From assembly GCF_006345805.1 (NCBI RefSeq), contig NC_043000.1:122946001-123010000 (forward strand): DNA of 64,000 bases. The letters are read 5' to 3'. Shown piece by piece: positions 11,640-25,360 of this stretch (positions are counted from its first letter, which is position 1; each line of letters opens with the position of its first letter). A program made the translations under genes and the position numbers. The notes below the pieces were generated by a model. It was not told the origin of the DNA, searched no databases, and was given only the letters and a program-made list of their open reading frames with translations. Origin of the DNA: Octopus sinensis. Taxonomy: Eukaryota.

Positions 11640-12529
11640 TTGCTGTAATAGGTCGAGTAGCGCTCTAGATACGTCCCCAGAATCCAACGCTAAACGAAAG
11701 TGGCATGAGGTAGTCTAAATAACGTACCATAGAGCTACAAACTCGGCATGATATCCTTGGATGTGGTACAGACACAAATGAAGTTCATATGCAGAGTAAA
11801 ACGGCTGTAAATTTCAAAGACTCGCTGTCTCAACCTCCATGCACTTTACAATTTTAGATAAACTCACATTGTGATGTTACACATTTTAATCTAAAGTTAT
11901 GATAAAATTAAAAACCAATTTTAATTAAATTCTGATGTTTTTTTAATAAAATAATGATGCAGGTTAAATTAATCAACTTTAATCACGAACACATTGGCCT
12001 GTTTACTATTAATTTAGTTGAAAAGCACCAATGAGAAATAGGTCAGCAATGACTTTAGCTAGGATCAGTGTACAGGTTTGGTTAATTCCTCATACTTTGG
12101 TTGTCTACAATGTATGCTTCCAATGCCGTCTGCCTTTCCTGCTGTCTAGTTATGTGATAGTCGAGTATCATATCCAAAATCTTTTTCTTATCCTTGCTAA
12201 CAGTCAGAACTATTTCCTTTGTTAATGGTTTAACAAGAAAACATTCGGACTCCGAACAACAAGCATATATTCCATTTTACCTCAAAAATGTCGTTCCAAA
12301 GTGTCACGCAGTGGGGCTGAATCCACAACCACAAGCCTGTAAATTATATGGAAATGAAATATATCACATAAATGGGACCCAAGAATATGACTGGTTCCTT
12401 TTTTTCATCGTTTTGGTGGAATGATTAGCGAAATCGATTTGAAGTCGAAAAGAGATAAATTATTCCCCCGTCATTTGCCGTAATAAAGTATACAGTACAT
12501 GATACATATATCATGATATACATGTCATA

Positions 12530-12969
12530 GGCACAGGAGTGGCTGTGTGGTAAATAGTTTGATTACCAACCACATGGTTCCGGGTTCAGTCCCACTGCGT
12601 GGCATCTTGGGCAAGTGTCTTCTACTATAGCCTCGGGCCGACCAAAGCCTTGTGATTCGATTTGGTAGACGGAAACTGAAAGTAGCCCGTCGTATATATG
12701 CATATGTATATATATATGTGTGTGTATGTGTGAGTGTGTATGTTTGTGTGTCTGTGTTTGTCCCCCCTCCCCCCAACATCGCTGGTGTGTTTACACAACC
12801 GATGCTGGTGTGTTTACGTCTCCGTAACTTAGCGGTTCGGCAGAAAGAGACCGATAGAATAAGTACTAGGCTTACAAAGTATAAGTCCTGGGGTCGATGT
12901 GCTCGACTAAAGGCGGTGCTCCAACATGACCGCAGTCAAATGACTGAAACAAGTGAAAGAGTAAAAGAG
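12530..12969 (+). mobile_element. SINE family A
   Basis: Full head, body and tail; internal duplication of gctggtgtgttta. Confidence 0.9.
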
Positions 12970-12974
12970 TATAT

Positions 12975-13510
12975 GTACGGAGCAGGCTGGACTTGATCGT
13001 TGAAAAGCCTGATCGAAATGTTCGCATACAGCACAGAAAACATGACCACTTGGCTGGTTGTCATCCATTTGTCCACATTCTCCGCTTACTATTCCTAAAA
13101 GGGTTGTAGAGGTAGAATCTTCAGGGCCATCTTCCGTAAGGTTCTCTCGGAGACAACTGCTAGTAGACTTTTATGGCTAGATTACCAAGCGTGAGCAACT
13201 GAAACTGTGAATATTATCCAACCTCCCCGTTCTTGGTTTATCCCTAGGTCTCTTGTTTTCTTGAAAATTCCTGATATTCCTCCAGCGATATTCTAAATAC
13301 ATGTTTGTAGTATCGGAGAAATTGTGATCTATTACTGCGGAGAAGTAACGGCTTAACTTGCAGAGACTATGATCTCCGAGATAGTCACCTTGTCGAGTAA
13401 CTTTACTCCAGACATCCTTTGGTGAAGCCCCATTTTGGCCGCTTGTATTCGCGATCGTACTCTTTCAACATTCCCGGCCATAAGTCATTTATTCTCTCGG
13501 ATCTGGGTAG
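12975..13510 (-). mobile_element. Decayed RTE-clade LINE 3' fragment
   Basis: Frameshifted translation ERVRSRIQAAKMGLHQRMSGVKLLDKV...QVKPLLLR..RSQ..RYYKHV...DKPRTGRLDNIH matches the RTE C-terminal pattern. Confidence 0.8.
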
Positions 13511-13562
13511 AAGAGCTGAGAACGTGAAAACAACTGCGGTATCGGCATTGTATGATGGATAC

Positions 13563-13797
13563 GACGGCGAGCTGGCAGAAACATTAGCACGGCGGGCGAA
13601 ATGCTTTGTGGTATTTCGTCTGCCGTTACGTTGTGAGTTCAAATTCCGCCGAGGTCGACTTTGCCCTTCATCCTTTCGGTGTCGATTAAATAAGTACCAG
13701 TTATGCACTGGGGTTGATATAATCGACTTAATCCGTGTGTCTGTCCTTGTTTGTCCTCTCTGTGTTTAGCCCCTTGTGGGCAGTAAAGAAATAGGTT
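13563..13797 (+). mobile_element. SINE family B monomer with a 16-bp TSD
   Basis: A-box-like AGCTGGCAGAAAC and B-box GAGTTCAAATTCC; GGCATTGTATGATGGA at 13544-13559 and 13800-13815. Confidence 0.92.
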
Positions 13798-14169
13798 TGG
13801 GCATTGTATGATGGAGATAACTTTCAACCTTGGCGCTGAATTCTGGCAATAAAAGAGGTATCCCATTTCGGGAATAGGGTACAACCTATTTTATTGAACC
13901 CCCAATACTTATATAGTTCTTGGCTCATCAAACCTAATAAGAAGTTGATACTGCAAGACAATTTGTCCATCATTCTACCAATTCTTTCAGTCCATTGCTC
14001 TTGTCTGGGTATCAATGTTGACAAGGAGAATTAATGGTAAGGTTAAACGACAGCTAGAGTTTTAATTTTGAACGGTAGTGGTTAACGTCGCTTGATATAT
14101 TGCCATTGAATGATTTAGTTAGTCGCAATAGAAGTTAGATGCAAATCTAATTTATACACGCGTCGGATT

Positions 14170-14242
<73 letters not shown>

Positions 14243-14287
14243 GTAGGTAGGTAGGTAGGTAGGTAGGTAGGTAGGCAGGCAGGCAGG

Positions 14288-14341
<54 letters not shown>
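14170..14341. repeat. (GATA)n/(GGTA)n compound microsatellite
   Basis: Direct reading. Confidence 0.95.
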
Positions 14342-14342
<1 letters not shown>

Positions 14343-15969
14343 GAGGGAGGGTTAGGTTTAGAGAGGTAGAGAGGTAGGAGAGAGGTAGAGAGATAGAGAG
14401 AGAATGGAGATATAGTATGAGAAAAATTGAATGTTATTAAGGTTTTATGATACTCTGTATAATGGTTTGTTGTGCTTCAGTGGAAGTCAGCACCTGAGAA
14501 TAATACATTTCTCCAGGTGATTAATAGTAATTTAGTAAAACAAATATGTTTCCAACTACTAATATCACTCAAATATTCCTAGACACTACACAAAATGAGA
14601 AGATGGATTTCATAATCGCTTTTATTTTGTATCAGGGAGATTTTACTTTAATTTTAATTTTTATTTCATTTTTATTTTGTTTTTATTTTATTTTTGTCTT
14701 TCCTTTGCAAAAGTAGCTATCTTGATAGCGAAAATCGATAATGATTTGCAATCACCCTTGGGTAATGAACTATTTTGAGCAGAAATAACCCAATGAAAGT
14801 TTCGTACGTATAAAGACGCTGATTTGAAGCTGTTGTTCTTGTTTGTTTTGCTTGTTTGATATTTTTGGAGTAAGCAAAGGTTGGTGGTGGTGGAACAGCT
14901 ATGGATGTGTTACTTGTATAATCATACAACCGATATACGTACAATGCTTCGAAGCAAATTCTTTTATCAAAGTAAAAGCGTACACTTCAAGACATTAAGA
15001 CACGTACATAAAAGTCTTTTAATCTATTATTCAAAACCCCGTTAATGTTATTGTCTTCTATCGTTCTCTTATTCTTTTTATCGAAATTCCCGACCAGCCG
15101 AAAGTCGGCCATAGTTGCTGAACAAGAATTAAAGGCAAAAAGTGTAGTCAAATGAACGATAAGAATGATTTACCTCACAACATTTAGACAGTTTTATCCC
15201 TGCAGTTATACGAGAAAAATCACATGTAACCCACCTGACAATGATATGTTACTTTAGGAATTAATAGCAGCAAAAAGAAAATATCTGACCTGGAGAACAG
15301 CCCTATCAAATTCTTGTGTTTACTTTAGATCCCCATTACAACATAAGCAATCAAACTTACAGTGGCTTAATAATATACAACACAATCATAGGGCTAAAAA
15401 GCATGTGCTGGAAAAAGCGTACATATTGATGGAATGATGAAGAGAAGTCCTTTGTTGGTACGTTTACAAATGAAATCGTTATATATGATATAAGGATTTC
15501 TAATACTGACACAGTGAAAACTGTGGACAAATTAATAAGCACTAATATATTAGTGTTTATTGTATCCACATTTGAAGTATCAAAGCAAAATCAGCTTAGA
15601 TGAAATTTGAATTCGGAATGTAAAGAAAGGATATTTTGTTCGATAAACGATATTGTATAAAAATACCATAATACTGAATGAAGATAGAGTGACTGAGTGA
15701 AGGGAGCCCTGATTTGGGGATATTTGATGATGTATAATTTGTTACAGCTGGATATGTGTCTTGCATCATTTGTGGCTGTTGTTGCTGAATAGTTTCAGGT
15801 CATCTCTGATTGAGTTCACCTGTGATCAAAGGCGTGCTAACAGTTTTTTTTCACGTGATCATCCTGTCATTTATAACTACATTATCCAAATTGTCCTTCC
15901 TTTGTAAACACTGAAAAGGATTTGGCAACAATTGTTATACCAGTTTAAGCGACAACAAAGTGCCTCTTT

Positions 15970-16036
<67 letters not shown>

Positions 16037-17265
16037 ATCTAAATATTTGACCAGTCATCCTAATTTTACAAGCTTCAACAGACTCCATTCCTCATTTTGA
16101 AACCAGATCATCTGCTCCAATGTTACGAAAGCCTAATCAAAATCTCTTGCAATTTCAAAGAATCTCATTCAAAATTATTGATCTGTAAATATCCAAATTA
16201 ATAAAAATCTCATTCGGAAATGGTATCCTTATCTTTTTGTAAATTTCGCTATGCTGAAAAACAGTGGAGCTATTATTGTTTTGCACTGGGTCAACACTAG
16301 CGAAGTCCAACGTAGAAACAAAGAAGAGTGGCCACAATAATCCACTTAAAATTGTTTAGTAGTGTTACATACCATTTCACATAAGACAAATATGGCGGAT
16401 ATATTCGTAATTGTATTTGTACGTACACGTAGCAACAAGAAAAAAGAAAATGCTGTGCATCGTGCCTTTGTATATTCGTAACAGTATTAAACAACAGTAG
16501 ACGCCACTATATGATAGGTTATAACAATAGTACTCCTCAAAAGAACTGCAAAAGGAGGTACAATAGAATCTATAGAATAAAATGTTTATTAAATGAATCA
16601 AGTCTCTAGCTTAAATATACTGCTAGTGAGGAAGAACGTGATCTTTTATAACACATATTGCTTTCACGTGAACTTCGTTTTTGCATCCTCAATGATTAAA
16701 TTAGCGAAGTATCGTACAACATAATACATCCAGTAACCCATGAGTGCTATGGAGTGACTCTTGAAGAATACAAGAAAAGGAGAAAGCGTCAAATATTGTA
16801 CAGATCGATATAAAGATATCATATAATATTACCCAAGGGTGAAATAAACGTAATATACAAATTTTGCAGATGTAATGGAATTGCGCAGTATTCTTCTGCT
16901 GTAAAGTTATCGTACACTGCAATTATAAATAAGAGATGGAATATTTTATAGAGAGATTCTATTGGGTTTCGGGGAATCGCGGATTGCCTCGTACATAAAG
17001 AATTCATTCAAACAAGTGCTATCAACTCAAAATCTCGCTTCGAATAAATAAGGATTTGTAAAATAACTAAAAAAAATTATCCTGAATTTATATTTTTTAA
17101 ATGACGAAGAATATACTGCGGGAACTGTTTGCTCTCATGTAATATTTGTAAAGTAATAAAAGTTAAAATGTTTCTTTTTATTCCTTAGCACGCATTATTA
17201 TCATCATCATCATCATCATCATAATCATCATCATCGTCATTATCATCATCTTCATCATCTTCATC

Positions 17266-17302
<37 letters not shown>

Positions 17303-17334
17303 TATTATTTTTTTTATTGTTATTATTATTATTA

Positions 17335-17378
<44 letters not shown>

Positions 17379-17381
<3 letters not shown>

Positions 17382-18905
17382 TAGTTTTATTTTATAGCGT
17401 GCTTTCACTTCACTACCGCGCGCAGCACTGTGTGCCTTGGGTATGTGCTGTGATTTGTTGTGATGCTCTGGTGGTTATTGTATGGAAAGTGTTCTGCGTA
17501 GGATGTGTGCAGTGCCTAGTAGTGCAATTTTCTGTATGTTATATGTGTTTGTAAGTCCTGGTGTTTTTGTTATGTATTTGTCTAATGCACCTACTATGAT
17601 AGGAATTGTTTCGGTTTTTAGATTCCACATTCTAGTTACCTCTATTTCCAGGTCTTTGTATTTTGAAAGTTTCTCCATTTCTTTTAGAGGCACGTTGTCA
17701 TCTGCTGGTATTGATACATCAATTAGAAAGCATTTTTTTCTTCATGATCTCTTACAACTATATCTAGTCTGTTGGCCTTAATTTCTCTATCTGTGTGTAT
17801 CGGCATATCCCAGAGTATGGTTGTTTTCTCGTTTTCTGAGACATTTTCTGGTGTGTGCCTATACCATCTTTTTTCTGTTGTTATTCCATAATGTTGGCAT
17901 AGCTTCCAGTGTATGTAGGTCCCAACTCTGTCGTGTCTGTGAATATATTCCTTCTTAGCCAGGACTGGGCAGCCAGAGATGATATGATTTATTGTTTCTT
18001 GTCCATCTCCACATATTCTGCAGTTACTTGTTATATTTCTTTTCATTACATGTTTTTGGTAATTTCTGGTGGGGTGGCTTTGGTCTTGTGCTGCAATTAA
18101 AAATCCCTCTGTCTCTGCTTTGAGTCCTGAGCTTCTCAACCATTGCTGGGATTTTTCTTTGTCTATTTCTTTTGCATTTAGTTTAGTCCAGTATTTACCA
18201 TGAAGGAACTTTTCTTGCCATCGTTTTATCATGGTTCTTTGCTGTTCTAGTTTTAGTTTGGATTTCAATTGTTTTATAGCTTTTGTTGTTTCTTCATCTT
18301 CTTCTTCTTCTTCTTCTTCTTCTTCTTCTTCTTCTTCTTCTTCTTCTTCTTCTTCTTCTTCTTCTACTTCTTCTTCTTCCTCTTCTTCTTTTTCATATTT
18401 GTTAGGTGGTATGATTTCTTGTTTGTATTTGTCAGCTTCCTTAAATACTGAGAACAGTTTTTTGTTTTGCTCGTGTTTTGCCGCTATTTGTATCAGTTTT
18501 CTTTCCTTCTGAAGTAGATATTTTTGCAGTCCTATGGTGGTTATTTTATAGTAGTTTTCCAGCTGTATAAGGCCTCTACCACCTTCTATACGTTGTATAT
18601 ATAGTCTTTCTATGTGAGAGTTTGGGTGATGCATCCTAGATCCTGTCATTATTTTTCTTGTTTTCCTATCAGTTCATTTAGTGTCAAGTTAAGGATATTG
18701 TAGCTGTAACTTATAACTGGGACGGCTTAAGTGTTAATACCTATTATCTTGTTTTTAGCATTTAGCTCTGTTTTTAGCGTTGATCTAACTCGTCTATATT
18801 ATTCTTTTTTTATTTTCTCTTTCAAATTTGTGTGTTGTGTCTTATCTAGTTCATGGATTCCTAAGTATTTGTAAGTTTGGCTTTGGTTTAATTCTTTTAT
18901 TTCAT
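17379..18905 (-). mobile_element. 5'-truncated R4/Dong-like RLE LINE (copy 2), flanked on both sides by (TAA)n
   Basis: RT-thumb ELNQSQTYKYLGIHE, a 308-aa open frame with CCHC and RLE motifs, an in-frame poly-Glu expansion and the same 3' end as copy 1 (aaaactactg+(aat)n). Confidence 0.93.
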
Positions 18906-18994
18906 TGGTTTTATTATTGTTATTATTGTTATTATTATTATGATTATTATTATTATTATTATTATCATTATTACTATTGTTATTATTATCATTA

Positions 18995-19057
<63 letters not shown>

Positions 19058-19265
19058 AGGCGGCGAGCTGGCTGAATCGTTAGCACGCCGTGCAAAATGC
19101 TTCCCCGCATTTCGTCTGTCTTTACGTTCTGAGTTCAAATCCCGCCGAGGTCGACTTTGCCTTTCATCCTTTCGGGATCGACAAATTAAGAATCCTGTTA
19201 CGCCTTTTTCTGTCCTTGTTTGTCAACTCTATGTTTAGCCCCTTGTGGGCAATAAAGAAATAAGA
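19058..19265 (+). mobile_element. SINE family B (internally deleted)
   Basis: Head ggcggcgagctggc and tail gccccttgtgggcaataaagaaataag. Confidence 0.85.
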
Positions 19266-19479
19266 AATAAGAATCGTTAGCACGTAGGGCGAAATGTTTG
19301 GCGGTATTTCGTCTGCCGCTACATTCTGTTCAAATTCCGCCGAGGTTGACTTAGCCTTTCATCCTTTCGGAGTCAATAAATCAAGTACTAGTTCAGTAAT
19401 GGGGTCGATGTGATCGACTGTCCCCCTCCTCACAAAATTTAGGCCTTGTACCTATAGTAGAGAGGATTATTTTGTTGGG

Positions 19480-19830
19480 ATTGCCGGGTTGTGTTTAATA
19501 TTGATTTTTTTGTGGATGTACTTCATTATGTCTTACCTGCTATTTCATCCCATCAAGAACACCATAGCTAAAATATATTACTGGGACAATTATAATATTA
19601 CTATTTTTATCTTATGTATTTACCATTGTTTCAAGGATTAATTTAATGTGTCTATTATATTTATTTGTAAGCTTCTCTTTCACATGTATTTTTGTATCTT
19701 CCCATTGAGTCTTAAGTATTTCTAAGCATGCTCTGGCTAATTCTTTTATCTCTACTTCTTTATTTAGTACGATATTAGTGGTCTTAATTGTTTTGCCTGG
19801 CTTCAAAGTTGCACCGGCACAATTTTTCTA
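19480..19830 (-). mobile_element. Old R4/Dong-like LINE fragment (RT thumb region)
   Basis: TTNIVLNKEVEIKEL...KEKL..KYNRHIKLIL and VPVIYFSYG resemble the corresponding region of copy 2. Confidence 0.55.
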
Positions 19831-20260
19831 ATCCGAAACTCATATCAATTCCTCTAATAATCCGTATTTTGTCTGCAACAGTTTTTGTCGTGTGTTTTGC
19901 AACTGAAGGACGTCCATATTACAAAAGATGAGGATTGTCCTTCCATAATAATTATTGACAATAATACCATAGAATTCATCATCGTCGACGTCATCACCAA
20001 CATCATCATAATGGTCGCTGCTGTTGATGTTGTTGTGGTGGTGGTCGTCGTCGTCGTCATTGTTGTCATCGTCGTTGTCATGTTTTTGTTAAGGCAGCGA
20101 GCTAGCAGGATCGTTAGATCACCGTAAACATTACTTGCAGTATGTCTTCCGGCTCTTTACATTCTGAGTTCAAATTCCACTGAGGTAAACTTTACATTTC
20201 ATCCTTACGAGGCTGATAAAATATAGTACCAGTCAAGCTCTAGTGTCGACAGAATAGAAA

Positions 20261-20491
20261 GGCGGCGAGCTGGCAGAAACGTTAGCACGCTGGACGAAAT
20301 GCTTAGCGGTATTTCGTCTGCCGTTACGTTCTGAGTTCAAATTCCGCCGAAGTCGACTTTGCCTTTCAACCTTTCGGGGTCGATTAAATAAGTACCAGTT
20401 ACGCACTGGGGTCGACATAATCGACTTAATCCGTTTGTCTGTCCTTGTTTGTTCCCTCTGTGTTTAGCCCCTTGTGGACAGTAAAGAAATA
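20261..20491 (+). mobile_element. SINE family B nested in an older family C SINE
   Basis: A 9-bp TSD AGAATAGAA flanks it (about 20251-20259 and 20492-20500); the host SINE spans about 20054-20545. Confidence 0.85.
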
Positions 20492-21343
20492 AGAATAGAA
20501 TCGCCCCTCCCCTCGACGTTATTGACTAAGTGTCTAAATTAGAAAGAATGGTTGCTTCTGTTGCTGTTCATTGCCGTAGCTGAATGTGTTTCAGAAGCTC
20601 TGTGAATCCGGGTCCTGTTTTACTTTCTAGATGGTTGTTAATTTTATTGTTTCATCTTTTTGTCAAACCTGTCAGGACTCTCCTCTTCTCCCTTTCCTTT
20701 TGTTACACAATCTACGAGGTAAAAGTTTACAAAATTTTGAAAATTGTTTCTAAATTTCGTCGTCCCTTGCCGCTTAGCAATAAAGAAAGTGGAGGTCGAT
20801 TTCTTAAATGGAAACAATTGTTCGCAGTCAAAACCTTCCACTTAATCGTAGAAATGACCCCAAAACAGCAGCAGTATCAGTAGCAACAATAACAACAGCA
20901 GCATCAACAACAACAGCAACAACAAAAGCAACTACAACAGCAGCAACAACGATAGCAACAGTGGCGATCACATGCCAAATAGAATAGACGATATTAAACC
21001 TGCTGCTAGCACTAACAAAATTTCTGGTATAAAGGAAATTATTAGCAACGGATACCGACATAATAATAACAAACTGTGGTATCAGCAATGGGCCTACGGT
21101 CACCACCCCATTAATAAGCAATGACAGCAGCAACACCGACAACATTAAGAACAACATTAGCAAGGCAAAGAGCGGCTTCTGTTCTGGTGTTGCAAAAACA
21201 TTTGGTATAATCCTATCGGACAAAAAACACCAGTACCTGGAACGGATAGCGAAACACTTTAACAGATATGCTAGACAGGCAACACTCACGATATCACAAC
21301 AGCGTCTAGATAAAACACATATTCTGTTGTGTATCTCTCTTTA

Positions 21344-21733
21344 CACTTTTATTTGTTTCAGTCATTTGGCTGCGGCCATGCTGGAGCACCGCCTTTAGTC
21401 GATCAAATCGACCCCAGAACTTATTCTTTGGAAGCCTAGTACTTATTTTATTGGTCTATTTTACTGAACCGCTATGTTACGGGGACATAATCACACCAGC
21501 ATCGGTTGTCAAGCGATGTTGGTGGGACAAACACACACACATATATATATACGTATACATATATACGACGGGCTTCTTTTCAGTTTCCATCTACCAAATC
21601 CACTCACAAGGCTTTGGTTGGCCCGAGGCCATAGTAGAAGACACTTGCACAAGGTGCCACGCAGTAGTACTGAACCCGGAACCATGTGGTTGGTAAGCAA
21701 ATTACTTACTTACCACACAGCCACTCCTGCGCC
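21344..21733 (-). mobile_element. SINE family A
   Basis: Reverse complement of the family consensus seen elsewhere in the window. Confidence 0.9.
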
Positions 21734-22509
21734 TATATCGTTCAAAAATCATGGACAAGGGCGAATCTCTCCAGAACAAGCTGAACTATGGCTGAAAAGC
21801 ATCTAGCAAAACATATACTTGGTTATTCCTGCTAATCAGTATGGTTGTGTGCGAGTAAATTTTGTGGGGTATTAATTGACTTTGGCCAATTAATACCCCA
21901 CTCTCCTACGGAGAATTTACACTGTTACGTATTTACCTGGAACGGAGATTATTTGGAGAAATAAATTGCAAACGTACCACCACGACTAGATTCCAGATGA
22001 GTGGCGTAGTTTGTTGATTTGATGTAATGGAGGAGACTAACACTGCTAGAAATGAAAGTGCAATCGCCCTCAGTTCTTCACTAGTATTTTTGTTTCATCA
22101 ACACCAAAATGATGAAAGGCAAACTTGACTTCGGCAGGATTTGAACTCATAATGTAAAGAGCCGGAGCAAATATTGCAAAGCATTTTCGCAGTGCTGTAA
22201 GACATTTTACCAGCTCATCGACCGTTTTAATGGTTTCTAATTTAGGCCTAAGGCCAGCACATTTGAGAGCAGGGAGTTAATCGATGCAATTTGCTCCAGT
22301 ACTTGACCTGTACTTAATTTTATCGATCTCAAATAGATGAAAGGCAAAGTTGACTTCGGTGGGATTTGAACTTAAAACGTAAAAGGCCAGAGGAAATTAC
22401 GTAAGGTGTTTTTTATCCGAGGCTCTAACGCCTCCAACCGATTCTAGCCCTTAAAATCCCGCAGTAAAGCAATTGGGATTACCACTAGCCATAGCACTAA
22501 TAATAATAA

Positions 22510-22540
<31 letters not shown>

Positions 22541-22560
22541 AAGAAAAAGAATAATAATAA

Positions 22561-22617
<57 letters not shown>

Positions 22618-22634
22618 TAATAATAATAATGATA

Positions 22635-22905
22635 AATTGGAGCATGCGAACAGTAAAGGTAGTGCCTATAATAATTGGTGCGTTGGTAACAGTAAGCCAA
22701 GATATAGACAATGGCTGAAGGAGATTGAAATAGAATGCCTGGTAGAGCTCCTTCAGAAAGTTTTCCTTTTAGGGACAGGAATGATTATCAGGCGGGTTCT
22801 AAGCGCTTGAAAGACTATTGAAACTTGTGGGTACCAAAAGTTACTGGTAGTAACCCGATATTCACATAATTCCTAACAGGAATAAGACCGAACCTGAGCC
22901 AAACC
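22635..22905 (+). mobile_element. 3' fragment of a third RLE LINE family in (AAT)n
   Basis: WSMRTVKVVPIIIGAL...VELLQKVFLLGTGMIIRRVLSA* is the RLE LINE C-terminal pattern. Confidence 0.75.
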
Positions 22906-22948
<43 letters not shown>

Positions 22949-22970
22949 TAATAATAATAATAATAATAAT

Positions 22971-23283
22971 AGCTACCTAACTCAGATACCAGGAAACCCA
23001 AAAATGGCAGAAGTTCAAAAGATAGTGCTCATGGGAACTGCTCATATCCTACGCAAAATACTCTCTATGTAATCTCAAGGTTTAAAACAAACATAATTTT
23101 CGGTTTAAAAAAAAAAAAAAAACCTTTTTTTTTAGACATTCATTAGTACAACATCCCCACCCCCCAATATATGGCACACTAGGCATAACAACAACATGAA
23201 CTTCCAACCCCGTTGTCTCTTGAGGTCTCTGGGTGAGACTTGGAGCCAACTTGTACAAATATAAAGCAAAAGTCAAACATAGA
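22971..23283 (+). mobile_element. 3' end and UTR of the second RLE LINE family in (AAT)n
   Basis: YLTQIPGNPKMAEVQKIVLMGTAHILRKILSM*, followed by a UTR shared with 8171-8314. Confidence 0.8.
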
Positions 23284-23289
23284 ATAATA

Positions 23290-23340
<51 letters not shown>

Positions 23341-23367
23341 TAATAATAATAATAATAATAATAATAA

Positions 23368-23900
23368 GTGGCTCTCATGGCTTCTGATCTTAACTGATTG
23401 GAAGTGTTATCATGTACATTGTTTTGTCTTGGTATAAAAGATGGGCTACAGCAAATATTCTGCTCAATACCACAGATTTGCTTGTCAGTTGTTTGACCTT
23501 AACCAGTTGAGCATGTCCCTTAGTGGCTGACGATATGTGCATCTCTGATCACGAGCAGAAGTATTGGGGGAGCATCATAGCCATGTGTTGAGAGGGATTC
23601 TTTGGGGTTTGAATAGTTCACCTTTGGAAACATGGGTGTTTCATTCAACATCCTTAAACAACCCTTATTCAGGGACCGTTTGAGCGGGATGGGTTACTCA
23701 ACCTGAAGAAAATTCTAACTGGGCCCCACCTGCAAGGTCATGTGCTGTTTATCTTGATATGAGATCACCATGTCGCGCACATATGGTTGTGATGCATGTG
23801 CCTGGTGTACCTTTATCAGACGGGTAGTCATGATGGGTATATTGGGCTTCGTATATTTTACCCCAGTGTCACTTCGATGGCATGAACTGCTCTCTCACAC
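23368..23900 (+). mobile_element. ~530-bp non-coding interspersed repeat between (AAT)n tracts
   Basis: Unique-complexity block with sharp (AAT)n borders and no ORF. It resembles a recurrent Octopus repeat from memory (unverified); orientation is inferred from its neighbours. Confidence 0.5.
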
Positions 23901-23910
23901 AATAATAATA

Positions 23911-23960
<50 letters not shown>

Positions 23961-24024
23961 AATAATAATAATAATAATAATAAAATAATAATAATAATAG
24001 TGATAACAGAAACAACAACAATAA

Positions 24025-25291
24025 TAAGGCTTTTGGTAGTATTACCCACTCATGAATCATAGAAACACTAGCTATGAACAAGGTAGCATCCGTAATCATA
24101 AAATATATAAAACATTCCATGAATAAGTGGCAAGACACCTTTATCTGACATGCTAAACAGAACTGGATGTGGATACAACTGTCACGGTGAAACAATCAAC
24201 CAACTACCATAAGACTACAGAAATACCTACTTCAGGAGCAAGGAAAACTAATACAAATAGCCATAAAACAAACAAAAAAAAAAAAAAAAAACTGCTTTCT
24301 GCCTTTAAGGAAGCTGACAGATACAAAAACGAAGTTATAGACTTAATAGCTATGAAGAAAAAGAAGAAACAACAAAAGCTGTAAAACAACTGAAATCCAA
24401 AATAAAACTGGAAAGCAACGAATCTTGATAAAGCGATGGCAAGAAAAGCTCCTACAAGGCAATTATTGGGTTAATCTACACAGTAAAGAAATAGACAAAG
24501 CAAAATCCCAACTATGGCTGAGAAGCTCAGGACTCAAAGCGGAGACATAAGGATTTTTAATTGTAGCACAAGATCAAAGCCTTCCCACCAGACATCACCA
24601 AAAACACAAAATATAAAATACAAGTAGCTGCAGAATATTTGGTGATGGAAAAGAAACAGTAAATCATATTGTCTCTGGCTGTTCAGTCCTGGCTAAAAAA
24701 AAAAAGAATATATTCACAGACACAACAGAGTTGGGATCTATATACACTGAAAGCTATGCCAACACTATGGAATAACAACGGAAAGAATATGGTATAGGTA
24801 CACGCCAGAAAAGGTCCCAGAAATTGACAAAGCAACAGTACTCTGGGATATGTCAGTACACACCGATAGAGAAATCAATATATAGTTGTCAGATATAGTT
24901 ATCAGAGATAACCAATAAAAAATGCTTTCTTATCGATGTATCTATACCAACAGATGACAACGTTTCTCTATAAGAAACATAAAAACTTTCAAAATACAAA
25001 GATCTGAAAATAGAGGTAACTCGAATGTAGAGCCTTAAAACAGAAACAATTCCTAATATATAGTAGACGCATTAAGTATGATAAAAACACAAATACACAG
25101 ACCAATACACAACAAAAATACCAGGACTTACAACTATATATAAATAGCAATACTAGGCACCACATACATCCTACGAAAAACACTTTCAATACAGTGAAAA
25201 AAAGTGTACAACAAACCACAGCACATACCCAAAGTACACAGAGCTGCACTCGGTAGTGCAGTGAAAGCATGTGATAAAAATAAGATTACTG
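24025..25291 (+). mobile_element. Decayed, internally deleted R4/Dong-like LINE (copy 3)
   Basis: RT motif KAF.SI.HS*IIETLAMNKV joined to the post-RT, CCHC and RLE region; many stops; the 3' end gattactg abuts (AAT)n(AGT)n. Confidence 0.85.
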
Positions 25292-25308
25292 AATAATAAT
25301 AATAATAA

Positions 25309-25360
<52 letters not shown>

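Noticed and set aside
20828-21340. 153-aa minus ORF and N/Q-rich plus frames
   Set aside because: Degenerate (ACA/GCA)n triplet sequence; several frames are open, no splice or homology support.
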